From an uncultured archaeon (GTDB lineage Archaea > Asgardarchaeota > Lokiarchaeia > Sigyniarchaeales > Promethearchaeaceae): DNA of 5,382 nucleotides. Below, in pieces: positions 1 to 5,382 of this stretch. A model generated the notes under the pieces. It saw only the letters and a list, made by a program, of their open reading frames with translations, searched no databases and was not told the origin of the DNA. The DNA is taken from positions 14,584 to 19,965 of the forward strand of contig CAYRPF010000064.1 of NCBI GenBank assembly GCA_964426185.1, read 5' to 3'. Numbering within the stretch: the stretch's first letter is position 1; each line of letters opens with the position of its first letter. Made by a program: the position numbers and the translations under genes.

Positions 1-593
1 GTAATTTCAATTTCTCCGCGTGCAGATGGTTTCAACGATTTTGCAAACTCAACAACCCTCTCATCGTAAAAATATAAACCTGGAATTGCATAATTTGATT
101 TCGGCTGCTTTGGCTTTTCTTCCAGCGAAATAACGTTGTTATTCTCATCAAATTCCACCACACCGAATTCTTGTGGATTATTCACATAATATCCAAATAT
201 TGTTGCACCTTTTTCCAGATTGCGGGCATTAGCAAGAATGTGGCTGAATCCTTGCCCATAAAATACATTATCCCCCAAAATTAACGCCACTTTATCACCC
301 GCAATGAACTCTTCCCCAACAATGAAAGCATCCGCCAATCCACGAGGTTCAGTTTGCACCTTATAAGAAAGTTGAAGACCAATTTGAGAGCCATCTCCAA
401 GCAACTCTTGATAAAAAGGTAGATTGCGAGGATCAGAAATAATCAATATTTCTCGAATATCCGCCAGCATTAATACCGAAAGCGGGTAATAGATCATGGG
501 CTTATCATAAATTGGAAGAAGCTGCTTGCTGACAACTTGCGTGATGGGATAAAGACGGGTGCCCTTACCACCGGCCAAAATGATTCCTTTCAT
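1..593 (-). CDS. rfbA: Glucose-1-phosphate thymidylyltransferase RmlA/RfbA, 3' end truncated by the window edge
   Basis: Hand translation from the ATG at 593 gives [44 protein letters not shown]...[14 protein letters not shown]...[11 protein letters not shown]...FGVVEFD...[21 protein letters not shown]...[12 protein letters not shown]. The frame is open for 197 codons to the edge. It has the LAGGx[23 protein letters not shown] and PSARGE motifs of RmlA. Confidence 0.97.
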   Translation of the reverse strand, partial: MKGIILAGGKGTRLYPITQVVSKQLLPIYDKPMIYYPLSVLMLADIREILIISDPRNLPFYQELLGDGSQIGLQLSYKVQTEPRGLADAFIVGEEFIAGDKVALILGDNVFYGQGFSHILANARNLEKGATIFGYYVNNPQEFGVVEFDENNNVISLEEKPKQPKSNYAIPGLYFYDERVVEFAKSLKPSARGEIEI

Positions 594-604
594 ATTTTAT
601 TTTT

Positions 605-610
605 CTCCTT
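605..610 (-). promoter_or_regulatory. Shine-Dalgarno-like site for rfbA (AAGGAG)
   Basis: Plus-strand ctcctt at 605-610 reads AAGGAG on the minus strand, 11 nt upstream of the ATG at 593. Confidence 0.6.
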
Positions 611-634
611 TATGATTTAAGAATATTGCTCGAT

Positions 635-642
635 AAAAAAAA
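635..642 (-). terminator. Possible oligo-T (archaeal-style) terminator after rfbD
   Basis: An A8 run on the plus strand is T8 on the minus strand, about 20 nt downstream of the rfbD stop. No GC-rich hairpin precedes it. It could be chance in AT-rich DNA. Confidence 0.25.
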
Positions 643-660
643 CAAATATTATTACAACTA

Positions 661-1620
661 TTATTTCAAGTTTTCCAGAATCAAGCGAGGTATGGCTTCA
701 GAAACTCCCTCGAAATTGGACCCCCACATTTGTTGAATTTTTTCTGTATTTAAAGAAGAATCTGCAGGCCTTATGGCTTTTTGCTTCAGTTCTGTAATTC
801 TCTCAATCGTTCCCAGTTTTAAACTACCTAATCTCCTATTTTTATTTTCTTTCTCACGTTTAGATATTATTGACTTGAGAATCTTCTCTACAAAAAATAA
901 TCGAGATACTGCTTCGGGTCCTGCTGTATGAAAAATCTTTGAATTCACGAAATTCATGGAATTCTCAGAATTCTCGGAATTCTCGAAATCTCGCATCCAA
1001 TAAAGGCACTCCGCTAAATTATCCACCAGAGTAGGTGTGGTTATCTGCCCGTCGATAATTGAAAGTCTTTTTCCCTCCAATAATGCTTTATAGGCCCACG
1101 AGAAGAAATTATCCCGTTGCCCCATATCCGGCCATCCATACAGCACACTCGTACGACATATGCGCGCTTGCACACCTTCTTCCATAATAAAGCGTTCTCC
1201 TTGAAGTTTTGTTTTTCCATAGACAGAAAGGGGATTCGGTTCATCTAATTCGGAATAATTTCCCTGCAACCCATCAAAAATGAAATCGGTAGAGATATGA
1301 ATCAATTTTCCACTAATTTTATTAACAGCGTGAGCCACATACTTTGGTCCGAGAGCGTTGATATCATAGGCACGGTTTGGGTAATCCTCGCAAGCATCTA
1401 CGTTGGTCATAGCTGCGGTTAAAATGGTGAGATCTGGCTTATTATCCGAGATTATTCGGAAAACTTCATCTGAATTGGTGATATCCATTGAAATTTGGGG
1501 ACAATCAAACGAAAAACCACTGAAATTAACATCTGCCCCCAATATATCATCGGTTGGTTGAAATCGGGCAATTAATTTTCGACCAAGAAAGCCGTTTGCA
1601 CCAATAATTAGTACTTTCAC
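661..1620 (-). CDS. rfbD: dTDP-4-dehydrorhamnose reductase RmlD/RfbD (extended SDR family)
   Basis: 319 aa, GTG start. It has the Rossmann GANGFLG, AAMTNVDACE, ISTDFIFDG (consensus STDYVFDG), catalytic YGKTK, PTLVDNLA and RPADSSL motifs. It lies between rfbB and rfbA. Confidence 0.92.
   Translation of the reverse strand: MKVLIIGANGFLGRKLIARFQPTDDILGADVNFSGFSFDCPQISMDITNSDEVFRIISDNKPDLTILTAAMTNVDACEDYPNRAYDINALGPKYVAHAVNKISGKLIHISTDFIFDGLQGNYSELDEPNPLSVYGKTKLQGERFIMEEGVQARICRTSVLYGWPDMGQRDNFFSWAYKALLEGKRLSIIDGQITTPTLVDNLAECLYWMRDFENSENSENSMNFVNSKIFHTAGPEAVSRLFFVEKILKSIISKREKENKNRRLGSLKLGTIERITELKQKAIRPADSSLNTEKIQQMWGSNFEGVSEAIPRLILENLK
941..985. repeat. Imperfect 9-nt tandem repeat, 5 units, in frame within rfbD
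   Basis: Units are GAATTCACG / AAATTCATG / GAATTCTCA / GAATTCTCG / GAATTCTCG, encoding ENSENSENSMNFVNS on the minus strand. Confidence 0.9.
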
Positions 1621-1719
1621 TTTCTATTCTCTCATGATTATTTTTTCTTGATCAAGTTTGATCATATTTAAATTAGCTGTGGAATAGTCCTTTAAATTAT
1701 CCATTCAAAATTTATTCTT

Positions 1720-2775
1720 TTATTTGGTTAATTTAGTTCCATATTGTTTGGAATAATATTCTAAATATTCTCCTGTTATGCAGTGTTCTATCCATTCAGC
1801 ATGTTCAAGATACCATTTGATGGTTTCTTGCATTCCTGTTTCAAAATCATATTGTGGGCGCCATCCTAACTCTTTAGTTGCTTTTTCAAAGTTCATTGCA
1901 TAGCGTAAATCATGTCCAGGCCGATCTCGTACAAAAGTGATTAGATCTTCCCCTTTTCCAAGAGCCTTAAGTAAATATTTTACCATATTTAGATTAGAAA
2001 CTTCTGCATCGCCACCGAAATTGTATACTTCTCCCGCCTTACCCTTTTCCAACGCAGCTAAGATTCCACGACAATGATCCGTAACATGAATCCAATCACG
2101 CACATTCGAGCCATCTCCGTATACTGGTAGGGGTTTATCTGCTTGAATATTACGTATCATCAACGGAATGAGTTTTTCTGGAAACTGGTAGGGCCCATAA
2201 TTATTCGAACAGCGAGTAATCACTACAGGTAGCTGATACGTGTGGAAAAAGGCTTGTACTAACATATCAGCCGAGGCTTTACTGGAAGAATAAGGACTGC
2301 GGGGATGAATTGGCGTTTTTTCGGTAAAAGCAGGATCATTGAATCCAAGATGGCCGTAAACTTCATCAGTGGAGATCTGCACATATTTCTTGACTTGATG
2401 GCGGTATTTTTTAAAAGCGTTAAGCAAAGTGAGGGTCCCTTTCACGTTCGTATCTACAAAAACGTCAGGGTTGGAAATTGAGCGATCGACATGAGATTCA
2501 GCTGCAAAATTAATGATGGCTTCAATATTATATTCTGATAACAAGTAATCAACAAGTTCATAGTTGCAGATAGAACCTTTAACAAAATGATAACATGAGT
2601 GATTCACATAATCATGCAAATTTTCAGGATTTCCAGCATATGTCATTGCATCCAGATTCCAAATTTCAAAATCGGGATATTTTTCCAGAATTAGGCGGAT
2701 AAAATTACTACCGATGAAACCAAGTCCGCCGGTGATGAGTAGGTTCATTTTTTTTAACACATTTTTGGTAGGCAT
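1720..2775 (-). CDS. rfbB: dTDP-glucose 4,6-dehydratase RmlB/RfbB
   Basis: 351 aa with TGGLGFIG, DAMTYAGN, FAAESHVDRS, ISTDEVYG, YSSSK (YxxxK), CSNNYGPYQFPEKLIP, RDWIHVTDH and DRPGHDLRYA motifs. An alternative start is the ATG at 2748 (MNLLITGG). Confidence 0.97.
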   Translation of the reverse strand: MPTKNVLKKMNLLITGGLGFIGSNFIRLILEKYPDFEIWNLDAMTYAGNPENLHDYVNHSCYHFVKGSICNYELVDYLLSEYNIEAIINFAAESHVDRSISNPDVFVDTNVKGTLTLLNAFKKYRHQVKKYVQISTDEVYGHLGFNDPAFTEKTPIHPRSPYSSSKASADMLVQAFFHTYQLPVVITRCSNNYGPYQFPEKLIPLMIRNIQADKPLPVYGDGSNVRDWIHVTDHCRGILAALEKGKAGEVYNFGGDAEVSNLNMVKYLLKALGKGEDLITFVRDRPGHDLRYAMNFEKATKELGWRPQYDFETGMQETIKWYLEHAEWIEHCITGEYLEYYSKQYGTKLTK

Positions 2776-2946
2776 TATCGATGTTTTAAAATAAATGTTG
2801 GTGCTTTTATATAGATTTGCATTAATTTATTTGCTTTTAATAATCAAAATTATTCATGCTTAAAACATTTGATTTCTAAACTTTTAAAAGAATTCTTCAT
2901 TGCTTAAATTATATTAAAAGAAATTCATTAGACTTAGGTTAATTTT
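2776..2946. promoter_or_regulatory. Divergent promoter region between rfbB and cysD
   Basis: Very AT-rich 171-bp gap between head-to-head genes. It contains minus-strand TATATAAAA (2805-2813) about 30 nt upstream of the rfbB ATG and plus-strand TTATATTAAA (2909-2918) about 30 nt upstream of the cysD ATG. The individual elements are tentative. Confidence 0.6.
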
Positions 2947-3828
2947 ATGGAACATCTTGATAAACTCGAAAATAAAAGCGTGCATATCCTTCGGGAAGCA
3001 TATGCGCAATTTAAAAATCTCGGCATGCTATGGTCTATTGGAAAAGATTCAACCGTACTTCTATGGCTTACACGAAAAGCTTTTTTCGGTCACGTGCCAT
3101 TTCCACTCATTCACATCGATACAGCTTATAAAATTCCAGAAATGATCGAACACAGAGATCGTTTGGCAATAGAATGGAATTTGGATATGATTTACGGTCA
3201 AAATCAAGAAGCATTGCGTTTAAAACAAACTTTTCCCGATGGAAATGCCACCAGATTAGAGTGTTGTAAAAATCTCAAAACACTCGCCTTGGAAAATACT
3301 TTGAATGGGCATTGGCCTCGATATCGCATGAATCACACCACCGGAAAATACGAGGTGGATAAAAATACTGAACCATTTACCGGAATTATTGTAGGAGTGC
3401 GCGCCGATGAAGAAGGTAGCCGTTCTAAAGAGCGCTATTTCTCCCCACGGGACCGAAACAACGATTGGAATATCGAAGAGCAGCCACCTGAATTTTGGAA
3501 CCAATATAAAACAGATTTTGCACCCGGAACTCATGTTAGAATCCATCCCTTGCTAGATTGGACTGAGTTGGATATATGGGAGTATATCGAGCGCGAAAAT
3601 ATTCCGATAGTTTCATTGTATTTAGACCAAGGAGAAGGTACCCGTTATCGTTCTTTGGGATGCTGGCCGTGTACCAAACCTGTGAAATCTGATGCAAAAA
3701 CGGTGCATGAAATCGTTGTAGAACTCCGAACGGGAAAATATTCAACCATTGCAGAGCGTGACGGCAGAGATCAAGATAAGGAAGATGGGGGCGGTTTGGA
3801 AGCCCTGCGTCGGGATGGATACATGTAA
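2947..3828 (+). CDS. cysD: Sulfate adenylyltransferase (ATP sulfurylase) subunit 2, CysD (PAPS-reductase superfamily PP-loop fold)
   Basis: 293 aa with [13 protein letters not shown]-loop [65 protein letters not shown] and a CysD-type C-terminus ERDGRDQD...LRRDGYM. It is followed after 25 nt by cysN. Confidence 0.95.
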   Translation: MEHLDKLENKSVHILREAYAQFKNLGMLWSIGKDSTVLLWLTRKAFFGHVPFPLIHIDTAYKIPEMIEHRDRLAIEWNLDMIYGQNQEALRLKQTFPDGNATRLECCKNLKTLALENTLNGHWPRYRMNHTTGKYEVDKNTEPFTGIIVGVRADEEGSRSKERYFSPRDRNNDWNIEEQPPEFWNQYKTDFAPGTHVRIHPLLDWTELDIWEYIERENIPIVSLYLDQGEGTRYRSLGCWPCTKPVKSDAKTVHEIVVELRTGKYSTIAERDGRDQDKEDGGGLEALRRDGYM

Positions 3829-3840
3829 AGCAATTTTACT

Positions 3841-3848
3841 GAGAGGGA
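3841..3848 (+). promoter_or_regulatory. Shine-Dalgarno-like site for cysN (GAGAGGGA)
   Basis: Purine-rich tract ending 5 nt before the ATG at 3854, inside the 25-nt cysD-cysN gap. Confidence 0.5.
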
Positions 3849-3853
3849 AAATC

Positions 3854-5382
3854 ATGACAAATAATACGAATAGCCCAGATAACACAAATAAAACATCATT
3901 AAATTCAATATCAAAACATTATCGAGACGAACATATGAATGTTGCGATCGTCGGGCATGTAGATCATGGAAAAAGCACCATTATCGGGCGTTTATTGGCT
4001 GATACCAATTCTCTTCCGGAAGGAAAACTCGAACGTGTCAAAGAAACTTGCCGTAGGAACTCTAAACCTTTTGAATATTCCTTTTTACTCGACGCTTTAA
4101 AAGACGAACAAGCACAGGGGATAACCATCGATGCGGCACGTGTTTTCTTTAAAACCCCCAAACGAAAATATATTATTATAGACACACCCGGACATATTGA
4201 ATTCTTGAAAAACGTGGTCACCGGTGCATCACGCGCCGAAGCTGCACTATTGGTAATCGACGCACATGAAGGTATTCAAGAAAACTCTAAACGTTACTGC
4301 TATATGCTTTCAATGTTGGGAATCAAGCAAATTGCGGTTCTAATCAATAAAATGGATTTGGAAAATTACTCCGAAAGCCGCTACAATCAAATAAAATCAG
4401 ATTACGCAGAATTTCTCAAAAATCTTAATCTCCAACCGACGGCTTATATTCCAGTTTCGGGTAAAGAAGGGGATAATATAGCGGTAAAAACTTCTAAAAT
4501 GCCTTGGTATACTGGTTATACCGTACTGGAACAATTAGATCTGTTTTTGACACAGAAAGATCCTGAAAATCAAGATTTCCGGATGCCGGTGCAAGATGTT
4601 TATAAATTCACAAAAGACGGGGATAACCGCCGAATAATAGCGGGCACAATTATCAGTGGACAAATTTCGGTGGGCGATGAGGTTCTATTTTATCCATCTA
4701 ACAAGAAAAGTCGCATAAAAAGCATCGAAAGTTTTAATACAACTCCAAAATCAACTATTGGTGCGGGTTATGCAACCGGAGTAACTATCACCGACCATCT
4801 CTATTTAAAACGCGGTGAAATGATGATTCGCGCTGATCAACAGAAGCCAGAAGTGACTTCGAGAATCAAAGCAAATATCTTCTGGTTGGGGCGAAATCCT
4901 TTTATCATGGGCAAAAATTACCTGCTTAAAATCGGAGCCCAAAAAATAGAGATGGAACTGGAAAAAGTAGAAACCGTCATTGATGCTTCCAGTTTGGATT
5001 ATCAGAAAAAGGATCAGGTGAATCGACATGAAGTTGCCGAAGTCATCTTAAAGCTGAAATCTCCTATAGTTTTCGATCTCCCTCATGTTAACGTGTTGAC
5101 TTCCCGATTTGTAATTGTAGACGAATACGAAATTTGGGGTGGTGGGATTATTTCGGAGAGTTTATCTGATACTAAGAAAGCCTTTCGAGATAAGTTAATG
5201 ATTCGCAATTATAAATGGGAACGCTCCTTGGTTAACATTGAAGATCGAGCAGAGCATTATAACCAAAAATCTTGCTTGATTCTCATCACGGGAGAAAAGG
5301 CTGTGGGAAAGAAGGCATTTGCCAAATCCTTAGAGAAACGTTTATTCTTAGAAGGCAAACATACTTACTATTTAGGTATCGG
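3854..5382 (+). CDS. cysN: Sulfate adenylyltransferase subunit 1 (CysN GTPase) fused to a C-terminal APS-kinase-like domain (CysNC/NodQ architecture), 3' end truncated by the window edge
   Basis: Hand translation is open for 509 codons to the edge. It has G1 GHVDHGKS (3953-3976), G2 QGITID, G3 DTPGH, G4 [19 protein letters not shown], domain [11 protein letters not shown], domain III ending [17 protein letters not shown], then [44 protein letters not shown], resembling the start of CysC. It lies directly after cysD. An alternative start is the ATG at 3935. Confidence 0.92.
   Translation, partial: MTNNTNSPDNTNKTSLNSISKHYRDEHMNVAIVGHVDHGKSTIIGRLLADTNSLPEGKLERVKETCRRNSKPFEYSFLLDALKDEQAQGITIDAARVFFKTPKRKYIIIDTPGHIEFLKNVVTGASRAEAALLVIDAHEGIQENSKRYCYMLSMLGIKQIAVLINKMDLENYSESRYNQIKSDYAEFLKNLNLQPTAYIPVSGKEGDNIAVKTSKMPWYTGYTVLEQLDLFLTQKDPENQDFRMPVQDVYKFTKDGDNRRIIAGTIISGQISVGDEVLFYPSNKKSRIKSIESFNTTPKSTIGAGYATGVTITDHLYLKRGEMMIRADQQKPEVTSRIKANIFWLGRNPFIMGKNYLLKIGAQKIEMELEKVETVIDASSLDYQKKDQVNRHEVAEVILKLKSPIVFDLPHVNVLTSRFVIVDEYEIWGGGIISESLSDTKKAFRDKLMIRNYKWERSLVNIEDRAEHYNQKSCLILITGEKAVGKKAFAKSLEKRLFLEGKHTYYLGI
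3857..3892 (+). repeat. Degenerate 9-nt periodic repeat at the 5' end of cysN
   Basis: ACAAATAAT / ACGAATAGC / CCAGATAAC / ACAAATAAA, encoding [12 protein letters not shown]. Confidence 0.5.

Noticed and set aside
1-593. Absence of rmlC as a sign of an incomplete or novel pathway
   Set aside because: In the common rmlB-D-A-C order, rmlC follows rmlA and would lie beyond the left edge of the window.
941-993. CRISPR-like or mobile-element repeat
   Set aside because: Units are 9 nt, contiguous, without spacers and in frame in a CDS. No cas or transposase sequence is present.
1041-1244. 67-aa minus-strand ORF
   Set aside because: Alternate frame fully inside the well-supported rfbD, with no recognisable motif.
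1621-1635. Amber readthrough (pyrrolysine or recoding) extending RmlD from the ATG at 1635
   Set aside because: It would add only five residues before a normal MKVLIIG start, and no in-frame TAG occurs within any of the five genes.
2957-3145. 62-aa plus-strand ORF
   Set aside because: Out-of-frame overlap within cysD, with no independent support.
3256-3745. 96-aa and 69-aa minus-strand ORFs
   Set aside because: Antisense shadows of cysD, with no motifs.
2947-3828. Calling this gene APS/PAPS reductase CysH or phosphorothioation DndC/SspD because of the Cys motifs
   Set aside because: It has no C-terminal ECG(L/I)H, the CysD-specific motifs and tail are present, it is paired with cysN, and no dnd/ssp genes are in the window.
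3964-5029. 85-aa and 74-aa minus-strand ORFs
   Set aside because: Antisense to the long cysN frame that the ORF track missed because its stop lies outside the window.
3854-5382. Calling this gene EF-Tu, EF-1alpha or SelB because of GHVDHGKS
   Set aside because: Position directly after cysD, the GDN...MPWY and FRMPVQDVY motifs and the CysC-like tail all indicate CysN.

Overview
AT-rich, densely coding prokaryotic window with two divergent gene sets separated by a 171-bp intergenic region (2776-2946). The minus strand carries dTDP-L-rhamnose biosynthesis genes in the order rmlB (rfbB) - rmlD (rfbD) - rmlA (rfbA); rmlA runs off the left edge and rmlC is not in the window. The plus strand carries cysD followed by a cysN/cysNC-type GTPase gene that runs off the right edge. 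The ORF track missed rmlA and cysN, so I translated them by hand. Main oddities: (1) CysD has exactly four cysteines, arranged as CC...CxxC like the [4Fe-4S] ligands of APS reductases. (2) The APS-kinase-like domain fused to CysN has a degenerate Walker A and lacks the LDGD motif. (3) RmlD and the CysN N-terminus each contain an in-frame 9-nt tandem repeat. TATA-like boxes and an oligo-T tract hint weakly at an archaeal host (inference only).
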